From: Podospora anserina
Lineage: Eukaryota
DNA length: 64,000 nt
Reading direction: 5' to 3'
Assembly (NCBI GenBank): GCA_017654855.1
Contig: CM030336.1
Span: 4,836,001 to 4,900,000, forward strand
A program made the position numbers and the translations under genes. Position 1 is the first letter of the stretch, and each line of letters begins with the position of its first letter. The notes under the pieces were generated by a model. The model was given only the letters and a program-made list of their open reading frames with translations. It was not told the DNA's origin and made no database searches. Below are positions 37,501-51,241 of this stretch, piece by piece.

Positions 37501-38120
37501 CAAGCTTGCGTGGCTGGCAAGCCACATCGTCCCAGATTATGCGAGGAGCCACCAGCATGGGCGGTGACGGCATGAGACGGTTTAGCTCGCAGGCCAGTCC
37601 CAGGAGAGGGCGATGATCCGTCAGCGATGTTCCTAGCCTCTTGATGTGTTGCGGACGGACGGAGAAGCGACAATGACAACTCGACACGAGTGAAGAGGCG
37701 TCAAACTCGGCGAGCAGCTGGAGTCTAGACTCCATCATCACAAGTTCCTGAGGTGCGCATGTTAGTATGCGGTCGACTGAGATTTCACGCCACGCCACTG
37801 GCCGGCTGTCCCGTTGGCGCCCACTAGCGCTCAGCTGAGTACCATGGTTGGCGGGTCTGGCCACAGCAATACAGGCGGTGCCAGAGAGCCGCGCCCTTTG
37901 GAACGAGACACCAGGTCTCTCTGCCTTGTCTCCGAAAGGGTACCCAATCGTCTTGGCACGCCCCGTCAGGGGGGGGGGGGAGGGGGTGTTGCTGTTGTAT
38001 ATATGCCGCCGACGGACACCCTCGTTGTCTGATCTGATACCTCCCAGATCCTTCCATCTATCAGCCATCATTCCAACAAATACCAACCAACTCACCAACA
38101 CACACACATACACATACAAT

Positions 38121-39239
38121 ATGGTTTCGCCAAAAGATTTGGTATTGATAACAGGGGCCACGGGCCATGTAGGGTCGTGGACTCTGGTGCAACTGCTTCG
38201 AGAGGGATACCGGGTCCGGGCCGCCGTTCGATCCCATGCCAAAGCTGCTGCTGTTCTTGCAAGACCACAAATCCAGGCACTCAACCCAGGATACCGACTC
38301 TCCTTCATCATTGTGCCCGATATCATGGTCCCCGGTGCTTACGACAACGCTGTCGAGGGCGCAACACACATCATCCACATTGCTTCGCCACTGGCATCAG
38401 GTGGTAACGGCGTACCGCTCAGTCAACACGATGCGCATTTCATCCAGCCAGCTGTGCGTGGTACCATCAGCCTCCTAGAAGCAGCCAACCTCGGTGGGAC
38501 GGTCCGTCGTGTCGTGATCACCAGCTCCTTCATTGCCTTGGTTCCCATGGACGAGCTGACGGGCAGACGGAAGCGAGACCCTTCCAAGCCTGTGTCTCCC
38601 AATGACCGCATCCCGTTTGCCCCTGGACCGTACGAATCCGAGTTTGCGGCCTATGCGGCATCCAAGGTTGCAGCGCTGCACCATGCCGAGGCGTGGATGG
38701 AGCGTGAGAGGCCGCCGTTCGATGTCGTGCACCTTCACCCAGGCTTCGTGTTGGGGCGCAACGACACGGCTACCACAGCAGGACAAGCCATGCAGGGCAC
38801 CAACTCGGTGGTACTGGCGCTGCTGCTGGGCAAGCGGTTTGGGCCGTATGCGGGCGCGACAGTGCATGCCTCTGATGTGGCTCGGGCGCACGTGTCGGCA
38901 CTGGACCCGACGGTTCTCGGAAACCAGAGCTACATTCTCAGTCAGTCGGCGCGGTGGAACGATGCCATCGCCATCGCCAAGCGGGAGTTTCCCGAGGCCA
39001 TCAAGACAAAGCTGCTGGTGACGGGTGGCAGCGTCAAGACAACGCCTCTTCCCATCGACGCAAGTCTAACCGAGGAGACGTTCGGCTTCAAGTTTGCCAG
39101 CTACGAGGACCAGGTGATCAATGTTGTTGAGCACTTCTTGGAGCTGCGGTTGCGCAAGAAGACAGGGGTCCAGATGGTGTCTTCCAGCGCACCAAAGAAG
39201 CAACGGGTGGTGGTCAATGTCAGCGCCATCGCTTGCTGA
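38121..39239 (+). CDS. NAD(P)-dependent epimerase/dehydratase-family (extended SDR, aldehyde reductase II/Gre2-like)
   Basis: VLITGATGHVG, HIASP, RVVITSS, YAASK catalytic motif, VHASDVARAHV. ATG at 38121. Confidence 0.9.
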   Translation: MVSPKDLVLITGATGHVGSWTLVQLLREGYRVRAAVRSHAKAAAVLARPQIQALNPGYRLSFIIVPDIMVPGAYDNAVEGATHIIHIASPLASGGNGVPLSQHDAHFIQPAVRGTISLLEAANLGGTVRRVVITSSFIALVPMDELTGRRKRDPSKPVSPNDRIPFAPGPYESEFAAYAASKVAALHHAEAWMERERPPFDVVHLHPGFVLGRNDTATTAGQAMQGTNSVVLALLLGKRFGPYAGATVHASDVARAHVSALDPTVLGNQSYILSQSARWNDAIAIAKREFPEAIKTKLLVTGGSVKTTPLPIDASLTEETFGFKFASYEDQVINVVEHFLELRLRKKTGVQMVSSSAPKKQRVVVNVSAIAC

Positions 39240-39400
39240 TGCGTGGTGGTAGTTTTCTGTGTTTCTTTCTGTACATGTATTTCTTGGGCGCAACAGGCGG
39301 CATTGGGGAAAAACGATCATCTTGGCGTTCGGGTTAAATGAGACATGACTGGAATGAGTCGGAATGGCAGTAGACAGCGAGAGCCGAGCAATCATCAAGC

Positions 39401-39470
39401 GACGGAGAATGACGGAGGACGACGGAGGACGACGGAGGACGACGGAGGACGACGGAGGACGATGGAGGAC
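39401..39470. repeat. Tandem 10-mer GACGGAGGAC, 7 copies (two imperfect)
   Basis: Directly visible in the sequence. Confidence 0.9.
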
Positions 39471-39892
39471 GAGGAGCGTCGAAAAGAAGATACTAGATAC
39501 CCAGCTCAATAGCATAACATAGAACGCGAGGCAACCTCGATTAAATTGCATACAAATAAATAATGATTTGCTTCACCGGATATGACAGTGATGATGATGA
39601 TGATTGTGGAGGTCGGGACAAGCTTTCCAGTGCCCTCTCGGTGGGGCTCAGCAGGCATCAGTGGGCTGATAAGATAAGGAGCCCAGACAAACACAGTGCG
39701 CGCCACACTCCCCAGCAGGGAACAGCCAACTGCGCCAAAAGTTCTGACGCCACAGGCCACTTGCGTCCTCGGTCCTCCATGCTCCAGCGCGCAACGAACA
39801 CCGACTACAACACAAGACAAGAATTGTTGCGCTTCCTTTCCTTTTTTTTTTTAATTTTTTTTTTACACCTCCTCATCCAAGATAACGGCAAG

Positions 39893-42751
39893 ATGCCCTT
39901 TGATCCAACAACATTCACAAAGGCCACGGCCGCCGATTATTCCTCCTCAGAGTCCGACGCTGAAGATGATGAATATTTGATACCCTCGACCAACCCCCAC
40001 GACGATGAATTCGCCGATCACAACCCCCGAAAACGAAGGCGCACCGGCCGCGAGGCAAAAGAGAGCGCCGCCCTTGGAATTTTCGGATCCGAAAGCGAAG
40101 ATGAAGGGCCCAGTCGAAAATGGAAACACAAGCCATTGCGCAACAAGGGCGTTAGCTTCGTATCGTCGAGCAACGTGAAGCCCGGCCCGGTTGACGACGA
40201 AGACGATGATGAGGACAAGGAAGACGATAAGGATGATGAGTACGCCGAGTGGGATGACGATGGAAAACCTACCATGATGACCTCGACTGCCACCGCCGCC
40301 GACGGAGACGAAGACGAAGACGATGAAGACGAGGACATGGGAGGCTTCGGCCTGGGCTTTGGTGGTGGTGGTGAGGCCGCTGCCGCTGCCCAAGGTCTCG
40401 GGTGGACCCCCCCAACGCAACAACAGAAGCCTCTAAAAAGCGCCGTCTTGAAGCCGATGCCATTCGTCAAGTCAAAAGTAGATCCTAGCAACCCTCTGGG
40501 AACTGGGTTTGTGCCAATGTCGGCGAGAGGTCCAAGTCTTCTAAACCGTGACGACGATGAACCAGCGAAACCACGCGTACCTGCGGCGAGCGCGTTCACA
40601 AAGGGCAAAGGTGGGAAGATCAAGACCAATACCAATTCTTTCGCGGCGAGAATGATGGCCAAGATGGGTTATCAGGAAGGAAAAGGTCTTGGAAAGGAGG
40701 GCCAGGGTCGAAACATTGTCATCGAGGCCAACCTGCGCCCACAAGGCGCCGGTCTCGGTGCTGTCAAGGAAAAGACTGAACAGGAAAGGCAAGAAGAGAA
40801 ACGACAAGCACGTCTCAGGGGCGAGGAGGTTATTGACTCGGAAGAGGAGGAAAAGAAAAAGAAGGCCGCGCGCAGGAAGAAGGCTCTGTCTGGTGGACTG
40901 GGCAGTGGTACAGGTAGTGGCGCAAGCACGCCCAAACGCCAGAAGCCAAAGTACCTGACAATGGATGAGATCAAGAAGGCCGCCCCCGGCCTCAATATTC
41001 CCGACGCGTTTACCCCTATCTTGGATCTGACCGGTCCCGGCAAAAAGATGCTGACCACCTCGTCAGGCTTGATGACCCCCACTGGTGGTACTGCGCCTGT
41101 TGAGTCTGCTGAAACGGCCGAATCCCGGAAGCTCGTCCGCCGTGCCCAAAACGACTTCATGGCTATGCTTGAGGAATGGCAGAGCTTACAAGAGCGCAAG
41201 GCATACATTGAGCTGCAGTTGAAACAAGAAAGGCAAGAGATGGAAGAGCTGGCCACAACGTTGCAAGGCAATCAATCACTCACCAGTGCCTGCGCTGCAG
41301 CGTCCAACCCAACCGAGAGCGGCGAGATTGACCGCAAGGCTGATCTCAACTATCGACTGGGTCGCATCATTTCAGGGCTCAGTGATACTTACTCGTCTCT
41401 GTCCGACCAGATGTTACCTCAGATCAAGGAAGAGCTCACATCCCTCGTCGTCGCTGCCATCCACCCAGACTTCAATCAATACCGCCAGCTCTGGGAGCCT
41501 CTCGAGGAACCTAAACCAAGCTTCGTCGACGGTCTCAAGTCTATCCGAGGCTTGCTCGGTCTCGACCAACAAACCAAAAAGACGTACCGCCGACCGACCG
41601 CCAACCCCTACGAAACAATGATGTACGAGTTGTGGTACCGAACCGTCACCAGCGCAGTCCGCGAATGGAACGTCCGGGAACCAGACCAGCTCATTGCTGT
41701 GCTAGAAGCTTGGGATGGCCTCCTGCCTGGCTTTGTCCGCACTCAGCTTCTACAAGATATCATTCGCAAGCTGGAGGAGGCTGTTCAGAAGTGGCAACCA
41801 AAACGACACAGCGAGCACCTCCCTCACACTTGGATCTTTCCCTGGCTGCCGTATTTGCCTTCGGTCCATCTCGACCCAAGAAGCTCGTCTGGTCTGGTGG
41901 CAGATGTCAAGCGCAAGTTCAGACAGCTCATTGACTCGTGGGAGTTCAAGAGGGGTGTCATTCCCGGCTTGAAACCCTGGAAACAAGTGCTGCGTGGAAG
42001 CAGTAGTAAGAGCGACCAGTGGGGCCCGCTGGTGATGAACCACCTTTTGCCTGGTTTGGCGAGGTATCTTGGGAAGAGCTTCAAGGTTGATCCGCGAGAC
42101 CAAGAGCCGTACATGAAGGTGTTGGATAGGGCGTTTGAGTGGTTGGAGTTTGTGAGTCCGACTATGATTGGGGAGGTGCTGGTGGCGGAGGTGTTCCCCA
42201 TGTGGCATGAGGCGCTTTACCAATGGCTTTTGCTGGAAGATGCCAACTATGATGAGATTGGTCAGTGGTTTGAGTGGTGGCAGGGGGAGGTTTTCCCCGA
42301 GGAGATTAGAGTGTTACCATCCATCACGGCGGAGTTTGAGAAGGGTACTGGTCTCATTGAGAAGGCGCTTGATTTGGGCGATAGGGCGAAGGATGAGCTC
42401 AAGCCACCAGAGAAGGGCCCTGCTCTCAGGAGTGAAAGGCGGGATAGGGAGCATAAGACAAGGAAACCTGAACCACTGGTGGAAACGCCTGTTGGGGAGC
42501 CGCCAAGGGAGGTTTCGTTCAGACAGGTCATGGAGGAGTGGTGCCAGGAGAATGATTTGCAGTTTATGCCTGAGAAAAACGTTCATGCCGAAGGGCCGAT
42601 GTACAAGATCTCTGGCAATGATGCCAAGAAGAGTGTTTTGGTGTGGTTTAAGGGGAACACGATGTCGGTGAAGACAAAGACGCATGGGACGGTGGAGGTC
42701 AGGAGGGAGAATGAGGATGAGTACGGGGTGTTGTTGGATTTGGTGGTGTAG
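39893..42751 (+). CDS. SPP382: Spliceosome disassembly factor TFP11/Spp382/Ntr1 (G-patch + GCFC)
   Basis: TIP_N-like KESAALGIFGSESEDE. G-patch FAARMMAKMGYQEGKGLGKEGQG...GAGLG. GCFC region PHTWIFPWLP, WFEWW. ATG at 39893. Confidence 0.88.
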   Translation: MPFDPTTFTKATAADYSSSESDAEDDEYLIPSTNPHDDEFADHNPRKRRRTGREAKESAALGIFGSESEDEGPSRKWKHKPLRNKGVSFVSSSNVKPGPVDDEDDDEDKEDDKDDEYAEWDDDGKPTMMTSTATAADGDEDEDDEDEDMGGFGLGFGGGGEAAAAAQGLGWTPPTQQQKPLKSAVLKPMPFVKSKVDPSNPLGTGFVPMSARGPSLLNRDDDEPAKPRVPAASAFTKGKGGKIKTNTNSFAARMMAKMGYQEGKGLGKEGQGRNIVIEANLRPQGAGLGAVKEKTEQERQEEKRQARLRGEEVIDSEEEEKKKKAARRKKALSGGLGSGTGSGASTPKRQKPKYLTMDEIKKAAPGLNIPDAFTPILDLTGPGKKMLTTSSGLMTPTGGTAPVESAETAESRKLVRRAQNDFMAMLEEWQSLQERKAYIELQLKQERQEMEELATTLQGNQSLTSACAAASNPTESGEIDRKADLNYRLGRIISGLSDTYSSLSDQMLPQIKEELTSLVVAAIHPDFNQYRQLWEPLEEPKPSFVDGLKSIRGLLGLDQQTKKTYRRPTANPYETMMYELWYRTVTSAVREWNVREPDQLIAVLEAWDGLLPGFVRTQLLQDIIRKLEEAVQKWQPKRHSEHLPHTWIFPWLPYLPSVHLDPRSSSGLVADVKRKFRQLIDSWEFKRGVIPGLKPWKQVLRGSSSKSDQWGPLVMNHLLPGLARYLGKSFKVDPRDQEPYMKVLDRAFEWLEFVSPTMIGEVLVAEVFPMWHEALYQWLLLEDANYDEIGQWFEWWQGEVFPEEIRVLPSITAEFEKGTGLIEKALDLGDRAKDELKPPEKGPALRSERRDREHKTRKPEPLVETPVGEPPREVSFRQVMEEWCQENDLQFMPEKNVHAEGPMYKISGNDAKKSVLVWFKGNTMSVKTKTHGTVEVRRENEDEYGVLLDLVV

Positions 42752-44948
42752 TTGAAGTTGCATGTAAATGATACCAATCACGATTCAGTTGTCGGGTCGG
42801 ATGCTACCGAAAGACGCAGAAAAGACAGAACGGGCAGCCGCCTGGGAGATCCATATCATTGGAGGGACTTTTCTGGAAGGTGATACGGTATTCGCGTGTT
42901 GTCATTGGTTGTGATACTGACGAATGTTCTGACATGAGTGTCTCACACGAGGTAGACTGAGACCGCATCTCGCTGTTCAGGTACGAAGAGAACTACGCCT
43001 CACCTTCACCCTCACCGATATCTTCGCTACCACGAGCAATCGTCCACGTCGCAAACTTTCTCGTATCTCTTGCCTCGATTTATTACAGCATGCCGTGACA
43101 CAGCCAAACGGGCCGAGCGCTGAATAGTCCTCTTCGTTCCGGATACTTGCCTTCGTATGGCATTTCGCAAGATGCCCGAGTCTTATAGTTGAGGTCGATC
43201 TCTTGCAGCTCGCCTATCATGCCAAACATTTCGCCTATCCTCACCGAGAGATTTTACCCGCTGTATAGGTCCCAACCGGGCCATGTCACCTATCCATCCC
43301 ACGTGGTCTTCTCCCGCTCCCCTTACCCGCCCGTGGAAACCGGCAAGGAAGGTCGCATGCGGTTGTAGGAACTGTTGCGGTTTCTATTCTTATCGCGGCG
43401 GCATCCGGCACCTTTCTGAACGGGATATATTGTCCGGCTTGATATTAATCGACGTCTGTGGCCTCGTGACGCGTCGCGTGGAAGCGTGGGATAGTTCCGC
43501 GGCGGCAGGGGAGAGATAAGACTTCGTTTGAGTTTCGCTTGGGGCCGTCATTTGCCTGGGACTTGGAGGCGTCAGTCAACCTACACGGCCACCAACCAGC
43601 ACAGATGTCATCATGACTCTATCACTTCACTGTCCAACTTTGTCGAACCCCCCTCCCCCCTTTCGCAAAAGATTTCATTTCTCACAAAGATAAGCGATAT
43701 AACTCGCCCACCATTCTTCCCAAGTCATATGCGAACCTTCGCCATGAATCCAAGCAACTAAGCCCTGGAACCAGAAGGATTCTTCCTCACGTTGGCGTAT
43801 GCTGACAACAATACTACCGTATCTGCCACCGCGCTGTGACGTGACACTCGACAAGCCAACAGCAATGGCAACTCGATATTGCATTTCATCTGTGGGGATA
43901 TTAACAGACACACGGTTAATATCCACAAGCTCGCTCTTTCCCGGTCACCAGCAAAGCCGGGCATGTTCCGACTGGTCTTGAGGCGAATGAATTAGTCAAC
44001 GACTCTTCCTACCCGGATGCTGGGATGCGATCTGCCGGGTTTGGGTGATTTAGGGGCCATCTGATCTCACTTGTTCCCAGGATTGGAGGGTGAGGGAGGG
44101 TGGGATTTTTAATTGGGTTCATTACCTTTTTGCTTGGACTCAGGCAATCGTCTGCCTGCCGGAAGGTTGTACATTGAGAGGGAAGATAGCCCTCTACAAT
44201 GGGTTTGCTATCAGACGGACAATGTTGACTCGAACATCCTACGCCGGGAAATAAAGATGATTTCTATTGACCTAGAACATAAGCATTTAAGGAGAAGACG
44301 TCCAACCTAACGTAATGGCCAAGCCACTGTCGTCCACTCTGCACCGGAGTTCTTCCATGCACATGAAGAGTAATCCAAGGGTCTAACACGACTGGTTCGT
44401 GCGACGTTTCTCTCACACCGACCTGTGGCTTGTATCAAGGCTGCATGGGCCAACCTTACCACCCACCATTCAGCATGTCGGGGATTTTTCACGTGCTTCC
44501 ATGGCCACCCCCCAAGGTGTCACGACCTCCTTCCTGTTCGTCTTGCAGCTCTTATCTTCAAACATCTACATTCGCTTGCAAGATACCGACTCTATGTCGT
44601 GCTCAGGCAGGAATTATGTGAGCTTGCGTCTGAAAGGGAAGTTGAGGAGAACGAAAAGGAAGAGGGTGTGCAGTGGCTGCTACTGCAGGGTGGTTAGATA
44701 CCTTACAGTCTCGGCAAGGCAGACCGGACAAGAAGAAGCAAGAGAGATACGTGATGCTAACGATGATGGTGGGAAGACTGATGGTTGATCTCATTTGCTT
44801 AGGCCAGCGAGCTTGGGAGTGCATGCCGACACCGCTGCGAAATAAGGAGCTTTGCAAGTATAAAAGCCCCTGATTTCTCACTCATTCTTTGTGTTTTGAA
44901 GTCATCAACATCATCTTGCGCAGCTACTTGCGATACAAATCTTACAAC

Positions 44949-46438
<1,490 letters not shown>

Positions 46439-46539
46439 GTTGAGGGAGATTGTTTGGCCAGTATGTGGTAGAGTGGTTGATAGACAGGTTTCTTTTACGC
46501 ATGGCTTTTTTCTGGTCTAGATATCTGTATTGCACTGAC

Positions 46540-47535
46540 TCACAAATCCAGCGCAACAACCCCCTCATTCACCAGCGTAAAGTCAGGCAAAAACTCCCCC
46601 CCATTCGTCACATAAAGCGTCGTCCTCTCCTTTGCACTCCCCCTCCCAAAAGCACACGCGGTCGGGTTCAACAGTTTCGTCGCATTCTTCACAACCCACT
46701 GCGACCCCTCTGGGAGCGTAACACCAACAGCATAGTCGGGATGAGAAGCAATCCAAACCTTCCCACTACCACCATGTCCCAAATCAAGCGCGATATCATC
46801 ATACACCACATCAGCCCCCGCATCAGAAGCACTAGACAGAACCTCAATGGCCCCAACTTGCTCGCCGTTCCAGCCGATCTTGACCCTGCCCAAATACCCC
46901 TGAGCGGAGTTGGTAAAGTAGAGGTATTGCCCCTGGGCTTTAAGACCGTTAATTCCCAAATGAGCAGTGGCAGTAGGTGTGAGAAGAGGTGACGAAAACG
47001 CCACGCTGTGGGCACCTGTCAAAAGGTTAACTTTCCACACTGCTCCCAAGGCAGAGTCCGCAGCGAGCAACAAGGTGGGATTGGTAGGGTGACGAGCAAT
47101 TCCATTAAAGATAGTTGTGTTGGCGACTTGAGTGATGAACTTGACGCGTTGACTGGGGGCTTTGTTGAAGTTGACTGTCCAGACTGCCAGCGTTCCAGGG
47201 ATGGCACGGGTAGCGAAGAGGTCCCAATCTGCGACGATGACAGCAAAGACGTCCGGGGCGATCTCGGCTATCCCCGAGATGCCGGTTCCGTTGTTGGGGT
47301 TGGCGAAGCTGTGGATGATGTCGGCTGCGGGGTTGGGGATGAGGGGGTTGATGGAGTATAAATGGGGCACGCTCATGGAGGTGAGGAGCAGGCGGGAGTT
47401 GGAGCGGACGGCGATGTTTTCGATAAAGTGGTTGGGGGGGAAGGTGTAGATGTTGCGGATGGGGGGGTTGGGGGGTGGTGTTTGGGTGAGGGCTGAGCAT
47501 GCCCAGAGGGCGAGGGTGGCGAGGAGGAGTTTCAT
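46540..47535 (-). CDS. Secreted SMP-30/gluconolactonase-like six-bladed propeller protein
   Basis: Signal peptide. Motifs IENIAVR, FNGIA, ADS..GAVW, GINGLK, YLYFTNS, DDIAL, PTACAFGR, LYVT. Confidence 0.8.
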   Translation of the reverse strand: MKLLLATLALWACSALTQTPPPNPPIRNIYTFPPNHFIENIAVRSNSRLLLTSMSVPHLYSINPLIPNPAADIIHSFANPNNGTGISGIAEIAPDVFAVIVADWDLFATRAIPGTLAVWTVNFNKAPSQRVKFITQVANTTIFNGIARHPTNPTLLLAADSALGAVWKVNLLTGAHSVAFSSPLLTPTATAHLGINGLKAQGQYLYFTNSAQGYLGRVKIGWNGEQVGAIEVLSSASDAGADVVYDDIALDLGHGGSGKVWIASHPDYAVGVTLPEGSQWVVKNATKLLNPTACAFGRGSAKERTTLYVTNGGEFLPDFTLVNEGVVALDL

Positions 47536-48013
47536 TGTCGGTGGGTAAGATGATGGGTAAAAAGTAGGATGTTGACTTTGGGAAACGGCATAATGTTATT
47601 TATGCTCGCGATTGTTGACATTTTAGCTCCGGAAATAAATGTCATCATTGGGGGCTGTCGTCTAAATCAATAGTCTAGAGCCACACCCATGGAACTGGAA
47701 TGCCTGCGCTAGACCTGAGTGCTGTAGTATGCATGAAACTATCCAAAAAAACGAGGTCTTATTGGGTGCTCGCACTTCTGCGTTTTCGGGCAGAGAATAG
47801 TCCGAGCCGAGGATTGTGCTGCCGGCAGGCAGAAGCGTTGCTGAAGCCTGTCAGCTCTTTTCTCTTCCATCATGCGGGGCTACTCAGACTTACGAATACG
47901 TCGATGGCACCTAGTTCTATCCACAATCTCGAGTCAGACCACTATTTCCGGTGATTGCTCGCCGCGCTCATTGTTCAGATCAACGGCGAATCCTGCCCAA
48001 GACGAGATTTCCA

Positions 48014-51000
48014 ATGGACGATAGCAACGCGGTCAAGGGCGTGGCCCCAGGATCGCACTTGGAACACCCACAACCGTGGGCTGGACCAGCTGTATCCTCG
48101 ATCAACTGCGGAGTATCATACAAGCCTCTCAGACTTGAACAATCTATTCGACTGCTCAAATTCCAGTCCCCGTGCGACATAGCCAGTCCCAAAATTGAAT
48201 GCACGCTGACGGAGCGGTCCATGGGCGATTGTCAAGGGAAATACGTTGCTCTGTCATATACATGAGGAGACTCTGTCGCACGAAGAGAGATAATTGTCGA
48301 GATCTCTCATTGTCAACGGGAAGCCAGCTCTCATCACGGAGAGTCTCTATGAGGCTCTGACACACCTTCCCACGGCACGGGGAGACTTGGCTACCCGTCT
48401 TAGCCTATTCTGAAATCTGGATCGACGCGTTGTGTATCAATCAGCAGGATGCGGTCGAAAAGTCCGCGCAAGTTGCCAACATGCGCGATGTCTTCTCCAA
48501 CGCCGCTTGGATAGTCGCCTGGATGGGCCCCTCGGCGGATGGGAGCGATAAGTTGTTGCGAGATATACGCAAGGTCATAGTCCCCGAGGTCAAGCACTCA
48601 CCCCTGGCCATCCGGTCATTCTTCAGCAGAGCTTGGTGGCAGCACATGTGGATATTGCAAGAGTTTATCGTGTCGAAAAATCTTTTGTTCCTGTGTGGGC
48701 ATGAGTTTCTAGACGAAGATATGCTCCAGACATTTTGTGAGTTCATATCTGGAATGGCTCGACCGAATATCAGGAGCCCAGATCGTCCAACCTGAGCTGT
48801 GGGGTTTGTTGGCGCTGAGGATGAACTTGTTAGCAGGGAGACAAGCGTTTTCGGTTGGGCTGCAATGGCCTTTGATATTCTGGATGGACGCGGCGAAAGA
48901 TTCGAGCTCGCTGACCCTCGGGACAGCATCTTTGCGCTTCTTGGATTGATCATGCCCGAGGAGAGGCAGGACATTACTTGCGATTGCAATTCATCTCTGT
49001 GCGAAGTGTTTTGGAACGTCATCAGGGTCACAGCCATGCTATTGACGGTCGACGATGTGGAGAAGACACTCAACTCCTTGATTACTAATGTGCATGATAA
49101 GCGAGCGACGCAGATAAGCGAGCGACGCACTCTCCACCACAACACGTCTCTTAAATATCTTCTACTACAATTTACCACCAACAACCATGGACGGCCCTTT
49201 AAAAGAAGCTAGACTTCTTCTTGCCCTCGAAGCTATTTAAAATAGGAGGATCTTAGTATCCGTACTGCAGCTAAGTTATATAACGTCCCAGAAGTAACCT
49301 TCCGCTATAGGCGTAATAGCCGACTAATGCGATATAATATTTTAATTAACTTATATAATTTAACGGATCTAAAGGAAAAGATAATAGTTTAGTATATTTT
49401 TAAACTATTTATACGTATATTCCTACCTAAATTAAGTAGCGTGGAAAATATAGTTAATTAATTACTACGCGTACGTAATATACTTTTTATTAAGAAACGT
49501 TAGGCTTATAATTTCGTTAAACGTTAATTATAATTCTATACGCGTTTTACGTATAAATATAATTATTAAAAGGCTAAATATAAAAATTTAAAGGTTATTA
49601 CTAAATAATTTATATTTATATAAAATATTAAAATTAAATATAGTATTATAAATAATAATATTTATAATTTTAACGAAATTAAATTTATAATAAATATTAT
49701 TTTCGTAAGTATAATAATTATAACCTCGGACGGTTTTAATAAAATAAAATTAATTTAATTTAATAACCGTAAATAAATAATAATAATTTAAAGAATTAAT
49801 ACTTTTAATTAAACTATTTTATTTTTTATTATTTTAATTATATAATATTATTTTATTAGTTAATATATTAAATATAATTTATTATTTATTTAATATATTA
49901 TAATTATTAATAATAATTAAATTATTAATTTAATAAATTTAAATTAAATTAAGTATTTCGATTATTATATAGCGTCCTATATAAAAGGTAAATACCGATT
50001 ATTAATTTTCGATAATTATAAAAATTATTATTTAATTAAATTCAAACGTTATTATTAATAAAATAATATTATTTCGTTTTATATACCTTTATATTCCTTT
50101 TACTTCCTTTAGTAATTCGATATTAATTACTTTAAGCTATTAAAATAAACGTACGGCCGTTAAATCGAAAGCTTACTACGTATATATATTAATTACATAA
50201 ATAAATTTAAATTTCTTTATACTTTCCGCGAAACTTTTTTTACTTTTATAAAAAAAAATTATATAAAATAACTTTATAAGTATTAACTTTATACTATATA
50301 ATTTAAAAAAAATATTTTTTAAATTAAATATAAAGTTTTATATATTAATACCCTTATCTTTAAAGCCGGGTATAATATTACTTTAAGTATTTTAAATATT
50401 ATAAAACTTCCGAAAAACTAATTTATAATTAACGTTTATTAAAATTCGTATTATTAATTATTAAAATAGTTTCCCGACTTCAATATTAATTACTATAAAC
50501 TAGTTTACTAAGGGTACGATAATTATGATACACTAGGTAGCCCTCTTTCAGTCAAAGAACGCTTCGCTCCGTAAAACTAATAAAGCACTAAATAAGCGCC
50601 GGAAAGCTAAAAAAACACGTGTACGGCTCGGAGGATTACTTACTGTGCAAGATGCATAGGATCTACTGGACTAGAAGGCCGTGGGTGGGGAGGTAGTGGA
50701 AGAAATATAGCCGGATGGCGGTAGTGCAGGGGGGGCTCGTACGAAGGTTCAGTGCTGTGGTGTGTGCGGCAAGCCTGGCCATAATGCCCGCACTTGCCAG
50801 GAGGCTGCAGAAGGGTCTGATTCAGCTGTTTCTGACGTAATTGTAGTTGGTTCTTAATGTTGTGGTCTAGCAATTGAGGATAGTTATAGTAAGGTGGTGG
50901 AGAGTGCGTCGCTCGCTTATCTGCGTCGCTCGCTTATCATGCACGTTAACCATTTTCTTGGAGAGAGAACAAGATCCAGGAACCTAATCCACTCGAACCA

Positions 51001-51034
51001 GTTGTTCCTGCCCGGCGGAATTGCGACGGCGTAG
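48014..51034 (+). pseudogene. HET-domain (HET-6-like) gene, disrupted and split by a transposon
   Basis: IRLL, YVALSYT*GD (TGA at the conserved W), IWIDALCINQ.D..EKSAQVANMRDVFSNA..VAWMG, WWQHMWILQE, DPRDSIFALLG. Frameshifts at ~48300 and ~48415, TGA at 48793. Transposon inserted at TA 49086-87, and the frame resumes briefly after 50948. Confidence 0.8.
49088..50946 (+). mobile_element. RIP-inactivated Fot1/pogo DNA transposon, third TIR variant (1859 bp)
   Basis: TIRs A(T/C)GTGCATGATAAGCGAGCGACGCAGATAAGCGAGCGACGCACTCTCCACCAC with TA duplication. Transposase MDGPLKEARLLLALEAI at 49187. CGVCGKPGHNARTC knuckle. Confidence 0.92.
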
Positions 51035-51241
51035 CCTGTCTATCCCGAACTCTCTGCTTCAACATGCCTAAACTTGCGGAAATAAGCGGCCAGCAACGTG
51101 TTGAACATACTATAAAGCAGCAGCGAGTGCGTCGTCGGATGGATAGTGAACGCCAACGGGATGTGTGGGTTTGCCATTCTAGGACTCGGGCTGGCCGTTC
51201 TTCGGTGCTATATACAAGAATCCTTTCAACCAAGGTCGAAT

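Noticed and set aside
35050-37800. Several 60-280 aa ORFs on both strands
   Set aside because: No recognisable motifs or consistent splice structure. This may be a decayed gene or a long promoter, but I cannot support a call.
37848-38120. N-terminal extension of the SDR
   Set aside because: It covers a poly-G run, a TATA-like TATATAT and CA repeats. The Rossmann motif starts just after ATG 38121.
39563-39892. 110-aa N-terminal extension of TFP11
   Set aside because: It runs through a poly-T promoter/UTR tract. The conserved sequence starts at MPFDP (39893).
42780-44880. Short ORFs between TFP11 and the subtilisin
   Set aside because: No domain similarity recognised and no coherent gene model.
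48799-49212. 137-aa ORF as an independent gene
   Set aside because: It is a chimera of the HET pseudogene frame reading into the transposon TIR.
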